64,000 bases of DNA. Source: Bythopirellula sp. (GTDB lineage: Bacteria > Planctomycetota > Planctomycetia > Pirellulales > Lacipirellulaceae). Below the pieces are notes generated by a model. That model saw only the letters and a program-made list of their open reading frames with translations. It was not told the origin of the DNA and did not search any database. Made by a program: the position numbers and the translations under genes. The stretch is from positions 1,440,001 through 1,504,000 of the forward strand of contig OZ244170.1 in the NCBI GenBank assembly GCA_965216565.1, written 5' to 3'. Numbering within the stretch: the first letter of the stretch is position 1; each line of letters opens with the position of its first letter. Shown piece after piece: positions 19,802 to 29,241 of this stretch.

Positions 19802-20836
19802 TCACTTGATTCCAAGAGCGATGGCTGATCTATGTGGCGGCGTGGCTCGGAACCGGTCGCCACAAACACAGTGATAGTGCTTCCCTCTCGACTTTTCTAG
19901 GAACGGAGGCTGATCTTCGCTTCGCTGTGGAATCTCTTGATAGACCTGCATAGCTCCGTTGGGACAGCCGCGGCAGATGCTCTCGTCCGCAGGCGGCTCC
20001 GGTTGCAGCCCGCCTTTCAAGTTCGGTAAGAGCCGCCGCATCCCAGCAGCACCATCAGCTAGCGCACGATGTGCAGCGCCAGAGTTTGGAATTGCAACGG
20101 CATCTTGCGTTTTGGCATAGAGAATGACTCCGAAAGGACTCTCACCCCCAGCCTGCCTTTGCAGTAACTGGCAATACGCAGCCATGCGTGCGAAGTGCTG
20201 CTTGTGAAGCTTGCGATTGTCGCTGTTTCTAAGAAAGACTGGTACGTAGGTTTCTCCGCGCACCAACACGCGCCACGGTCGCCCAGCCAATTTCCATTCG
20301 GAATCTTCCAGTGGGTCAGGCCAAATGCGCAACTCAAAGCCGGCCGCAATAAGTCCCCACCAATCAGCAGCTGTGGGGTTGTCACCATCAAATTTGGGCT
20401 CTTTGGGTTTTGCACCGGCTGCTCGCGAGTGCCGGTGCGTCAACACAACCAACGCCCAGCAACCTGTGGCGACGCCAACAACCAGTACGAGCAACAGCAG
20501 CCAGCACCCAATCAGAAACGTCGGTGAGACCGTAAGCGTCAATATGCCGCATAAACCAATCGATAGTAAGCCGCCAACAACGCCACCAATCAGATACATC
20601 GTGATGCGTCCAATCGCCTCAGCAATCCTTGCTTGGTCGTAGCGAGGCAAATAGCCAAGCCGGATAGGTCGCGTGTCTTGCCCGCGATCACTTTCTTCCG
20701 ACTCGTGCGCTATCACCCCGGCCCGCGGGCAGAACAAGAACTCGGTGATGACGTGGACGCCTAGCGGATCGTCATGTCCGCTGGCAACCAGCCTCCGGTC
20801 CTCGTTGCCAGCTCGATTCGAAGCCTCACTATCCAT
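19802..20836 (-). CDS. Cas4/RecB-like Fe-S nuclease-fold protein with a 2-TM insertion and degenerate active site
   Basis: ITEFLFCPR, LAGRPW, YVPVFLR, HFARMAAYCQLL, FGVILY, ICRGCP...HCVCG; two hydrophobic helices after the N-terminal motif; start overlaps the upstream stop. Confidence 0.65.
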   Translation of the reverse strand: MDSEASNRAGNEDRRLVASGHDDPLGVHVITEFLFCPRAGVIAHESEESDRGQDTRPIRLGYLPRYDQARIAEAIGRITMYLIGGVVGGLLSIGLCGILTLTVSPTFLIGCWLLLLVLVVGVATGCWALVVLTHRHSRAAGAKPKEPKFDGDNPTAADWWGLIAAGFELRIWPDPLEDSEWKLAGRPWRVLVRGETYVPVFLRNSDNRKLHKQHFARMAAYCQLLQRQAGGESPFGVILYAKTQDAVAIPNSGAAHRALADGAAGMRRLLPNLKGGLQPEPPADESICRGCPNGAMQVYQEIPQRSEDQPPFLEKSRGKHYHCVCGDRFRATPPHRSAIALGIK

Positions 20837-21941
20837 CGTTGCCCTCCATTCCCAATGAATGCTGCCACTGGTTAAGGACAGGCAACACTTCACCAAAGGT
20901 TGAAGGCCTCTGACTCTGGCGAAGGGCAGTGCTAGTAATAATTAACTCGCGAACAGCCTTTGGTAACTGTACACCCATTGCATCACCCTCTTTCCCTCTC
21001 TCTGGTAGCTTTCCGACCACTAGCTGTGAAATGATACGTCCCCAGCTGTAGACGTCTGCAGCAGCAGTCGGCTCACCTGCCCCAATCTCGGGTGCCCGAT
21101 ATGGATCGTCAGGCCAGTGGGATGAAACGGTAGGCAAATTTCCCGACAGTTTCGCTAGCTCAAAGTCGGTCAGCATAAGCAGATCGTCTGAGGCTCGTAC
21201 TAGAAGGTTTCTTGGGCTTAGTTCGCGGCGGATCACGCTCGCTTCGTGAATGGCTGACAAAGCTTTGGCCAACTGCATAGCCCAGCAGGCCGTAGTGTGT
21301 AATGGAACGGGACCTTCGATTTCCAAGAGCCACTCGGCCAAAGAGCTTCCATCCACCCATTCATCGACAACCCACCAAGCATCTCCAGACGATTCAGGAA
21401 AAGTCGCATAGCAAATCGGAAAATGCTCGTGACGGATGAGCAAGTCGCAGATCTCGATATGTCGCACAAGCCGACTCTTAAGCTGGTGTTGGGCTTCGTC
21501 CGATAAGTGAGCAAACTCGTAACGTTTACCTCGTCCAAATCGGGATGGCTGATGCCGATGCTTCATTCGGAAGACTCGGTACTGCAACCCATTAGAAGTG
21601 TTTTGCACGTTTGTTAATGGGCGACCGGCTATCCATTCGCTCGATGAAGGCTCCGTTTCGGAATCATCGCAGTCCGAAACCTTGTTAGCTTCTGTGTCTT
21701 CGTACTCGACTGGATCCACCAAGTCGATCATCGCGACTCCTAGTTCGTGGGCGATGGGTCGCAGCGTAGAGACACGCGAGGGACCACCACTCAAGAGCCG
21801 TCTCGCAGTTGCTTTGGTGATGTCGGTCTGACGGCAGAAATCTTCGACGGTCCATTCCTTTGCGAGCAGGCATTTCTTAAGCGTCGGCACGCAGATGAGC
21901 AGCTTGCCTTTCTCAAATTGTGACTTCTTGGACTCGTCCAT
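20829..21941 (-). CDS. XRE-HTH fused to a Ser/Thr kinase-like domain (probable pseudokinase)
   Basis: N-terminal WTVEDFCRQTDITKATARRLLSG...TLRPIAHELGV; kinase motifs VIRRELSPRN, LTDFE, YRAPE, ADVYSWG; GAGGAG RBS. Confidence 0.85.
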   Translation of the reverse strand: MDESKKSQFEKGKLLICVPTLKKCLLAKEWTVEDFCRQTDITKATARRLLSGGPSRVSTLRPIAHELGVAMIDLVDPVEYEDTEANKVSDCDDSETEPSSSEWIAGRPLTNVQNTSNGLQYRVFRMKHRHQPSRFGRGKRYEFAHLSDEAQHQLKSRLVRHIEICDLLIRHEHFPICYATFPESSGDAWWVVDEWVDGSSLAEWLLEIEGPVPLHTTACWAMQLAKALSAIHEASVIRRELSPRNLLVRASDDLLMLTDFELAKLSGNLPTVSSHWPDDPYRAPEIGAGEPTAAADVYSWGRIISQLVVGKLPERGKEGDAMGVQLPKAVRELIITSTALRQSQRPSTFGEVLPVLNQWQHSLGMEGNDG

Positions 21942-22155
21942 TGCTAGCTCCTCGGCCGCGAGCGCTACCTGCTCTTAGTGATCTGAAATGATACCCAAAC
22001 AGCTCCCCTAACAAATCCTGGATTCGTCGAAACTGGGCTTTGTCACTGCCGGACTCTGTCGAGCCAAGTGGCACCACACTGTTTGCCGCGTTCTGCATTG
22101 TAATCCGCGACATTCGATCCGTCAGTTCCACCAATGTTTGATGAGGAGCCACCTC

Positions 22156-22524
22156 ATGCTTACGTCATTACTTCAGTCTTTCGTATCAGCCGTCATCGAG
22201 CGTTTAGCCGCCTCTACCATTGGTGGAGTCGCCGCTCAATCAGCTGCCGAAGCGGCGATCCAAGAGGCCGACTGCCTGGATCGCCTCGAAGAAGCGGCAC
22301 GAAGCTACGAAGCAGCCGGTAAGCCTCAACTTGCCGCCAGGCTCCGTGAGCGAGCCGCATCAGTCACCTTCGACACGTCGACCGCGATCCCTTCCTTGGA
22401 GCATCAAACCAAGCAGACCGCGTTAATCGACGCGAAAGCGAAGCCAGACGAAGAGAGCCGCTCCTCGGCATCACCGAAACGACGGCGTCGCCGATCGGCC
22501 GCTTCGAAGGGAGCCGAGCAATGA
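22156..22524 (+). CDS. Hypothetical helical protein, first gene of the putative transfer operon
   Basis: GAGGAG RBS; ATGA overlap with the next gene. Confidence 0.7.
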   Translation: MLTSLLQSFVSAVIERLAASTIGGVAAQSAAEAAIQEADCLDRLEEAARSYEAAGKPQLAARLRERAASVTFDTSTAIPSLEHQTKQTALIDAKAKPDEESRSSASPKRRRRRSAASKGAEQ

Positions 22525-23165
22525 CCGGAAGGCGCTTTCTGCAAGAACTCGTTCTGCAGTGGCTGGCTTACCAGCTCCGGGTGGCAACGATGTCCCAACT
22601 GGCCGCTGCCTTGACGATCGAGCTGGGCATGACCGCTGCGGCGGTCAAACGCAATCTGTTGTACCTGGCGCGGTGTGGCTTGCTAGGGAAACAAGTTCTC
22701 CCTGTGGCTGTTCCCGAGTTGACGGAGCCGCTATTGGCTTGGTCACCAGGGCAGACGGTACCCGATTTCGAAGCCGTCGCCTGGGCGGCACGTAAACGGA
22801 TTGCTCTCGCAGTCCAGCGGCGTGAGACCATTCTTTGGGCAAGCGACCTCGCTACTCGTCGAGTGGGTGGAATGGGTGGGCAACTCCGCAAGCCTCTACA
22901 AGTCGAGCACGACTTGGGAGTCGCAGCAATCTACTTTGCTCGCTACCAAAAAACTGTCGGCACGACTGAGAGTTGGATTGGCGAAGACGCGTACGCCCGA
23001 CTGCGGCGACCGGGGCGAGGACAGAAGCGACCTGATGCCGCGATTGTCGATAGGGAGGGCCATATCGCCAAGGTACTCGACTACCTGTCGCTCTATCCGC
23101 CCGCTCACTTACGCGGATTCCATCACTATTGGGCCGCCCGAAATACTCGCTACGAATGGTGGTAA
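22521..23165 (+). CDS. Replication-relaxation (MOBC-like, PD-(D/E)XK) family protein
   Basis: wHTH-like N-terminus, QVEHDLGV, WIGED, KRPDAAIV, VLDY; upstream of a T4CP. Confidence 0.55.
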   Translation: MTGRRFLQELVLQWLAYQLRVATMSQLAAALTIELGMTAAAVKRNLLYLARCGLLGKQVLPVAVPELTEPLLAWSPGQTVPDFEAVAWAARKRIALAVQRRETILWASDLATRRVGGMGGQLRKPLQVEHDLGVAAIYFARYQKTVGTTESWIGEDAYARLRRPGRGQKRPDAAIVDREGHIAKVLDYLSLYPPAHLRGFHHYWAARNTRYEWW

Positions 23166-23169
23166 ACCA

Positions 23170-23949
23170 ATGTCGAAAAGACCTAAAAAACCGCGGCTTA
23201 CCCGGCGCGACCTGGACGTGTTGCGAGACGCGGCAACCTTTGGACTCATCGTTCCAGAGTTGATTGCGCCGTATCGGTTTGCTGGCAAAGCGCCGGCGGC
23301 TGTGACCTCGACGCTTCGGCGACTTTATGGCCGACCCCCCAGCTATCTCTACCTCCGTCCTGAGCCGCTTGACGATCGCCGTGTGTATTACCGACTCACC
23401 CCCCGGGGTGCTCGCGTTGCGGAGGCTTCGCGGTCGGCCACATTGCGACTTGGTAAGCAGTCACTGCTCAGACGCTACGCCTTGGCTTGGCTGATCTGTG
23501 TGCATGAGCCCCATAGGCGTGTGCTACTTGATCGCGATGACGCCATGCAGCTTCTTGCGAATGCCAGCAACCTGCCGAAACACGGATTCTACCTGCGTAA
23601 GCAGGAGCAAACCGGACCTCGACTTGGCTTAGCAATTGTCGATCACGGCGCCCATCCGTCTAGGATCGTTCGCAAGGTTATCCGTACTGCTGAGCGCCTG
23701 CTCAGCAATGCATCCTCTAGAGACTTGATTGCAGCAGATCGCATGACCATCACGCTACTCACCTTTAACGAGCTGAAGCGTGAAGAGCTACACAAGTCGA
23801 TTCGACGCCGGATGTCGCGACAGTTGCCCGCCCTGTTGTGTCAGTACGGACTTTCCCCGAATGTCACGAACCGTCTACAGCTGGAGGCACATGTTGTCCC
23901 TGGCCTGCTGAATTTGATTCCCCATGACCGACCAGGAGGCACGCAATGA
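23170..23949 (+). CDS. Winged-helix protein, Replic-Relax-like N-terminus
   Basis: LTRRDLDVL...STLRRL...YYRLTPRG; ATG 4 nt after the previous stop; ATGA overlap with the T4CP gene. Confidence 0.6.
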   Translation: MSKRPKKPRLTRRDLDVLRDAATFGLIVPELIAPYRFAGKAPAAVTSTLRRLYGRPPSYLYLRPEPLDDRRVYYRLTPRGARVAEASRSATLRLGKQSLLRRYALAWLICVHEPHRRVLLDRDDAMQLLANASNLPKHGFYLRKQEQTGPRLGLAIVDHGAHPSRIVRKVIRTAERLLSNASSRDLIAADRMTITLLTFNELKREELHKSIRRRMSRQLPALLCQYGLSPNVTNRLQLEAHVVPGLLNLIPHDRPGGTQ

Positions 23950-26753
23950 CACAAGCAACAACCGCTGCACCGCAACCTCATGCCGTAAAAGACAAATACG
24001 ATGTGCTGGAGTGGGATGATTTGCCCGCAGACGAGTGCGATATGAACTACCGCTTGCTGAATATGGAGAAACCAGCCTACGGGATGAGAGTTGTTGAGCT
24101 GATACTGAGCAGCGTCTTGGCCGCGATCGCCTACTTGCTACTGGCTTGGTTTTTCGAAAGCTTCCCCGGTTTACTGGCAGGTGGAATACCAAGAGTTTTC
24201 CTAATTGCAATTGCGCTGGGCGCGTTTTCAGTTCTGCGAGACAACTCGCCAGCTGGGAAGCGGAGGGCTATTCGCTTATCAGGAGGCGTCTTAGGCGGTG
24301 GTGTCCTGCTAGGGCTTGCTGCCGGAGGATTGACACTGCCCCAGTACTTGATGCTGCTGATATTGGGCATCATCGTCTGTCTTGCCTCGGTTGCCGATGC
24401 AATTGCGACATCGAACGCTTGGTGGTGCTCTGCCCACCCACTCGTAACTCAATCGGCAATGAACGCCTATCGAGAGGCATGGGTAGGACGGTGGAGCGGA
24501 AAACCACTCCGCATCGATGACACAGCGTCAGCAGAGACACGGCGAAACGTTGCCCGAGCCCGGGTCGTTCACCTGCTGACGCACTACCGAACCGGCATGC
24601 TCTGGTTAGTAGGGAGTGTCATCGGTGGAGGGTTTGTTGGGCTCTTAACCTCGGACTGGGAGCCTGGCCCGCTCGTGGTAGCGCCCGTGCTCCTGCAAGT
24701 AACGTTCGTCCTTGCTGTTGTCGCAATCCATCGCTTGATCGCGGCATGCGAACAGCTACAAACAGCGCATCCGAAAGAGAATATAACGCTTTACCAGATT
24801 TTTAGATTTGCATTTCTTAGTGTGCTAAGAGCGATCCATTGCCATGCAACCTATGGAAACGTACTTCGCCAACCACTCTGGGTGCTTAAACTACGCGGCG
24901 CGGCTTGGGTGCGTTACTTGCATGTGCCGCTAGCGTGCTGTCTGCTCGCCTACCTCTCAGCCGCCTGTGCAATCCGAGAGGCGTGGCCAGATGGGGCAAA
25001 TCCTGCCGTGGTCTTAGCTCTTCAGCTTGCCATGGCATTGCTACCGGTAACTTGGATTGCATCGGGCATCGTGATCGTTGCTGGCCCAACAATACTCGCC
25101 CATCGGCTAGCTCTCGAGATCCCTGATGCCTTCGAGCACCAATACGACTACTCCGACTGGGACGGGTACGTCGCCCGCTTGCACGACAGTCGCAACCCGC
25201 TGGAGCGTCAATCTGTTTGGGTTGGCTGCCATCTCCAGCATGGCTATCCGATTCTGGTCGATCGCTCTCTCTATTTCGAGCACGCGCACGTTGTTGGCAG
25301 TGCAGGCAGTGGCAAGACTGCACTCAGCTTGACGTCTGACATTACACAACTTATCCGTAGCAGTCGGAGCGAAGACCCGGCAGGCGGAATCGTCATTCTA
25401 GACTGCAAAGGAGACCCAGCACTTCTGCATACGGCTCGCGAAGAAGCTCTTGCAGCTGGTAGAAAGTTCAGGCTGTTCACGAATCAGCCGGGAAGACCAT
25501 CGCATGGCTTCAATCCACTCCTCAATTGTGGAGCTACCAAGCTCTCGCTTTCAGAAATAGTCGGTGTTATCGCCCAGGCACTCAATTTGTATCACGGCGA
25601 AGGCTATGGACGAGGATTCTTCGGCGCAGCCTCCAAAGCGTTGCTGCAAGCGGCCTACAAAACGTCTTTCACGTTCGGAGATTCTGGAATGCTGAGGCCT
25701 CCGATCGAGTCTTTTCAGCAGCTTGAAGAAGCGTTACGTGAAACGGCTAGCGACCCAAAAGTGTTTCAAGCTGCTCAGCAGTTGCTCTACGTCGTAGCTG
25801 CGCTGACCGAGTTCGACCAAATCAATCTTACTCCTGACCGTGAACTAGCCCCCGAAGTCTTGGAAGAATCAATCCATATGCCTCGTCTAGTCCGCGACGG
25901 GGAAGTGGCTTACTTCTATCTAGTAGGCATGGTCGACCGCTCGTCAGTCGGCCACATTGCTCGGCTGGTGCTCTATTCAACACTAGCCGCAGCGGTGGAA
26001 CATCGCAATAAGACGGGGAACGGAGCAGGAGTCTTCTTTTTTGCAGACGAAGCTCAGTGCCTAATCTCCAACAATGTTGCACCGCTATTAGAGCAAGCTC
26101 GCTCATACGGTGTGGGATGTGTTCTCGCCCATCAGAACATGAGCCAACTGGAACAAGCCGATGGCAAGGGTCTGCTGGAGCTTGTACTCGCCAATACGGT
26201 GTTCAAACGTTACCACGCTCTTCGTGACCCAGAGTCGCAGAAGTACGTTGCCGCAGCCTCTGGCAAATCAAACTACTTTGACCTGAGCTGGGACCAACTG
26301 AAAAGGCGGGCGATTGGACGCGGCCAGGTCGATCCGCGTTTCGCATGCACTGGGCCCGACAGTGTAATGCGGGTAGGTGTGACACAACGAGTCGGCGAGC
26401 GCATCGAAATAGAAGAGCTGGCCGATATGAGCCGTCGCCTCAACCAGAGTGTCGTTTTGGTAGAGCGTAACCAGGGGCTGACGCAACTCAACGGCGGTGT
26501 GTTAATGCATTCCGACTGGCCCATATCACAGAATACTTACAAGCGACGCGAAACGACACCGTGGCCAACCGACATGCCCGGGGCCATCGTATGCGAGCGC
26601 GGCGTACCACGCGAATTGCCAGCAGCGTCGCCACCGGTCAACAGTGACGACTTAGATGATCGCCTGCGAGAAATCGAAGAAAAAAAGACTCGCAACGACA
26701 AGAAGCCTCCTCGACGAGACCAAGAAAACAACACCGAAAGTGACCCCAAATAG
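23946..26753 (+). CDS. Type IV coupling protein (VirD4/TraD-like ATPase) with extended multi-TM N-terminus
   Basis: HAHVVGSAGSGKT (Walker A), ILDCKGD, FNPL, FFADEAQ (Walker B), QARSYG...AHQNMSQL; AGGAGG RBS. Confidence 0.9.
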   Translation: MTQATTAAPQPHAVKDKYDVLEWDDLPADECDMNYRLLNMEKPAYGMRVVELILSSVLAAIAYLLLAWFFESFPGLLAGGIPRVFLIAIALGAFSVLRDNSPAGKRRAIRLSGGVLGGGVLLGLAAGGLTLPQYLMLLILGIIVCLASVADAIATSNAWWCSAHPLVTQSAMNAYREAWVGRWSGKPLRIDDTASAETRRNVARARVVHLLTHYRTGMLWLVGSVIGGGFVGLLTSDWEPGPLVVAPVLLQVTFVLAVVAIHRLIAACEQLQTAHPKENITLYQIFRFAFLSVLRAIHCHATYGNVLRQPLWVLKLRGAAWVRYLHVPLACCLLAYLSAACAIREAWPDGANPAVVLALQLAMALLPVTWIASGIVIVAGPTILAHRLALEIPDAFEHQYDYSDWDGYVARLHDSRNPLERQSVWVGCHLQHGYPILVDRSLYFEHAHVVGSAGSGKTALSLTSDITQLIRSSRSEDPAGGIVILDCKGDPALLHTAREEALAAGRKFRLFTNQPGRPSHGFNPLLNCGATKLSLSEIVGVIAQALNLYHGEGYGRGFFGAASKALLQAAYKTSFTFGDSGMLRPPIESFQQLEEALRETASDPKVFQAAQQLLYVVAALTEFDQINLTPDRELAPEVLEESIHMPRLVRDGEVAYFYLVGMVDRSSVGHIARLVLYSTLAAAVEHRNKTGNGAGVFFFADEAQCLISNNVAPLLEQARSYGVGCVLAHQNMSQLEQADGKGLLELVLANTVFKRYHALRDPESQKYVAAASGKSNYFDLSWDQLKRRAIGRGQVDPRFACTGPDSVMRVGVTQRVGERIEIEELADMSRRLNQSVVLVERNQGLTQLNGGVLMHSDWPISQNTYKRRETTPWPTDMPGAIVCERGVPRELPAASPPVNSDDLDDRLREIEEKKTRNDKKPPRRDQENNTESDPK

Positions 26754-26838
26754 CACTCCTAACGGCTTGCCACTTTGTCGTTCAATACAAGAAGCAACAA
26801 CAACTGCAAATCAATGCAACTAGAAAGGCTTGCAACTG

Positions 26839-27141
26839 ATGATTTTCGTATTCCTGGCCATGATCCTAATTTACAGATGGCTCGATACATGGGCCCGCAA
26901 CAACCCAGCCAGCGGGCTACGTAGCGGAGCGTTGGCATTCTACGTCGAGGCAGTGAAAGTGGCCTTTGTATTTTGGATGTTTCTAATGGCGCCGATCGTG
27001 ACTCAACGGATTCAATCGATCGCACGCGTGCATCGCGAGATGCAAGCGGAACGATCCCAAGAGATTTCTTTTTCCTCCCCCCCAACCAGGAGTGACAAAC
27101 AATGGCTGGGTCTGGATCGTGAATCCAGGTTTTCGCGGTGA
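26839..27141 (+). CDS. Hypothetical membrane protein
   Basis: AGAAAGG RBS, two hydrophobic segments. Confidence 0.45.
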   Translation: MIFVFLAMILIYRWLDTWARNNPASGLRSGALAFYVEAVKVAFVFWMFLMAPIVTQRIQSIARVHREMQAERSQEISFSSPPTRSDKQWLGLDRESRFSR

Positions 27142-27384
27142 CATGTTCATTGCGGTTTTTTATCTACCTGCGCTGCGGAATAGCTATGGCTATTCGCTCG
27201 GAAGACCGTGGTCTTCTTGGCGCGCTGGTGGAACAAGAGACCCCTTGGGGTCTCTTGTTTTGAAAAGTACGTGGCTCGCCTGGAGCCGTGGCGACTTGCA
27301 CTGCGAGTCGTGACGGCTTTAGCAACGCCCGTTGTGCGGACCGACTGGGGTCGGACGCGCACGGTCAACTAGGAGAGCCACGTT

Positions 27385-27732
27385 ATGGCATTAAAGCACG
27401 GAAGCAACCACTACACCAAATGGATGCACATGGAAAACGGACAGGTGATGGTTCGCCGGATCCACCGCATGGAAATCCAAGACGCCCAAGGACGTCTGCA
27501 CGTTATCCAGAAGGATGACTTGCCAGAAGCCGTCCTTACCTCGACGGGGGAGTCACAGAAAGGCAAGCCTATTGCTCGCATTCTGTTACGTCCCAAGTCG
27601 AAGGGCTTTGTCGAGTGGCAATCACTTGATGGCCCAACTGGTGTGCTGGTGTGGAATGCCTTTGTGTTTGGACTCGGATTTTTTTCAGCTTTGTCGCTGC
27701 GTTACCTCGCACGACTGCTGATTGATTTCTAG
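27385..27732 (+). CDS. Hypothetical protein with C-terminal TM helix
   Basis: AGGAG RBS; VLVWNAFVFGLGFFSALSL. Confidence 0.55.
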   Translation: MALKHGSNHYTKWMHMENGQVMVRRIHRMEIQDAQGRLHVIQKDDLPEAVLTSTGESQKGKPIARILLRPKSKGFVEWQSLDGPTGVLVWNAFVFGLGFFSALSLRYLARLLIDF

Positions 27733-27816
27733 GTTCTTTCACATTGTTTTTTGGTCGTCGGAGAAGCTTTTCGCTTCTCCGGCGGCCCCTTTTGCACTAC
27801 CTGGAAAGGGTCATCG

Positions 27817-28836
27817 ATGCCAAGTGAACCTCAAGAATTGGTTGTTCTGTCCGAAGCATCGCGTGCGATTGCTAGCGTTCGCACCATCGATGAAGCGAAA
27901 GACCTCCGAGACAAGGCGGAAGCCGTCAAAGCTTACGCACGCAAGGCGAGACTAGGCCGCGAGATCCTTGTTGAGGCTTCCGTTGTCAGGGCACGTGCCG
28001 AGCGACGACTGGGTGAGATGCTTCAAGAGACACCTCTGGCGTCTGCTGCACCCGGCAATCAATACACGGGGCCGAAGGAGCCCTCTAACGAGTCAGCCTA
28101 TACGCTTGAAAGCTTGGGGCTCTCGAAGAACGACTCCTCACGTCTGCAACGGATCGCAGAAATGCCAAAGGATGTATTCGAGCAACACGTTTCCCAGTCG
28201 GCTGAGCAAGAGCGAGAGATCACAATGGCCAGCCTGCTTCGATTGGCCAAACAGCATGAACCCATCGGGTCAACCGTAGTTGCCAACGGCGGCAGTCCAG
28301 CAAGATCTTGTGGCTCGCTGACGCAACTCGTCGAACTTGGTGAGTCTTTTTCGACCATCTACGCCGATCCGCCATGGCCTTACAACAACCAGGCTACTCG
28401 GGGAGCAACATCAAACCACTATCCGTCGATGTCGATTGACGACATCTGCGCCGAGCCCGTCCAGCAATTGGCCGCTGCTGACGCTCACCTACATCTATGG
28501 ACAACCAACGCGTTTTTGCTCGAAGCGTTCGATGTCTTGGAAGCGTGGGGCTTCGAGTACAAGTCATGCTTCATTTGGATCAAACCACAGATGGGGCTAG
28601 GTAATTATTGGCGATTGTCGCACGAGTTTTTGCTTTTTGGAATTCGAGGAAGCCTCAAATTTGCCAACAAGGGCCAGAAAAGCTGGTTGAGCGCCAAGCG
28701 AGCACAGCACAGTCGCAAGCCTGAGGCGGTTAGGCAGCTGGTTGAGTTGGTTAGCCCACCGAGCTACCTCGAAATGTACGGGAGGCAGCTTCCTTTGAAT
28801 CCAGATTGGACGGTCTATGGCAACCAACTCCCCTAG
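27817..28836 (+). CDS. MT-A70 family adenine methyltransferase (orphan)
   Basis: FSTIYADPPW, LHLWTTN, AWGFEYK, WIK, HEFLLFG, HSRKP, LEMYGR; phage-type N-terminal domain RARAERRLGEML. Confidence 0.93.
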   Translation: MPSEPQELVVLSEASRAIASVRTIDEAKDLRDKAEAVKAYARKARLGREILVEASVVRARAERRLGEMLQETPLASAAPGNQYTGPKEPSNESAYTLESLGLSKNDSSRLQRIAEMPKDVFEQHVSQSAEQEREITMASLLRLAKQHEPIGSTVVANGGSPARSCGSLTQLVELGESFSTIYADPPWPYNNQATRGATSNHYPSMSIDDICAEPVQQLAAADAHLHLWTTNAFLLEAFDVLEAWGFEYKSCFIWIKPQMGLGNYWRLSHEFLLFGIRGSLKFANKGQKSWLSAKRAQHSRKPEAVRQLVELVSPPSYLEMYGRQLPLNPDWTVYGNQLP

Positions 28837-29005
28837 TAACTCAACCGTGTATCAGGCCTGTGGCACCTGTTCGGCAAAGTGGTTTGCCAAACAGCTCATG
28901 CAACACTGCCCACGTTGTGGCGGCACCAACTTGCTCAAATCTTCAGCACACCCACCTTGGAGTAATCCTGAAAAGAAGCTCAAGCCAAAAGATGAATCAC
29001 AATGA
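28817..29005 (+). CDS. Small zinc-ribbon protein
   Basis: CGTC...CPRCGG; overlaps both neighbours. Confidence 0.55.
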   Translation: MATNSPSNSTVYQACGTCSAKWFAKQLMQHCPRCGGTNLLKSSAHPPWSNPEKKLKPKDESQ

Positions 29006-29214
29006 ACCAATGCAACCATACAACACAGGCGGTCGATTCTGACGGCCGCACCACAGGTAGTTGGGTAATGGAAAAGGAGCAAATTGTTTGTAGTGCCTGT
29101 GGCAAGATCTGCAGGCCCGTTTCTAAGAGTGAGGCAAGCATGCAGAGGGCCTATATCAATCAACAACAGCGAGGTGCCTGTCCAGGCTGCGGTGAAGAGC
29201 CTTTCCTCGGTTAA
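29002..29214 (+). CDS. Small zinc-ribbon protein
   Basis: CSACGK...CPGCGE; ATGA overlap. Confidence 0.6.
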   Translation: MNQCNHTTQAVDSDGRTTGSWVMEKEQIVCSACGKICRPVSKSEASMQRAYINQQQRGACPGCGEEPFLG

Positions 29215-29241
29215 TCCAATCTTTACTACATGGAGAATCTC

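Noticed and set aside
22801..23169. N-terminal extension of the 382-aa ORF
   Set aside because: Overlaps the 22521-23165 gene in another frame; ATG 23170 directly after that stop is more plausible
27066..27313. Phase-variable frameshift at the C-run near 27076
   Set aside because: The run is only about 7 C and no alternative frame gives a recognisable longer protein
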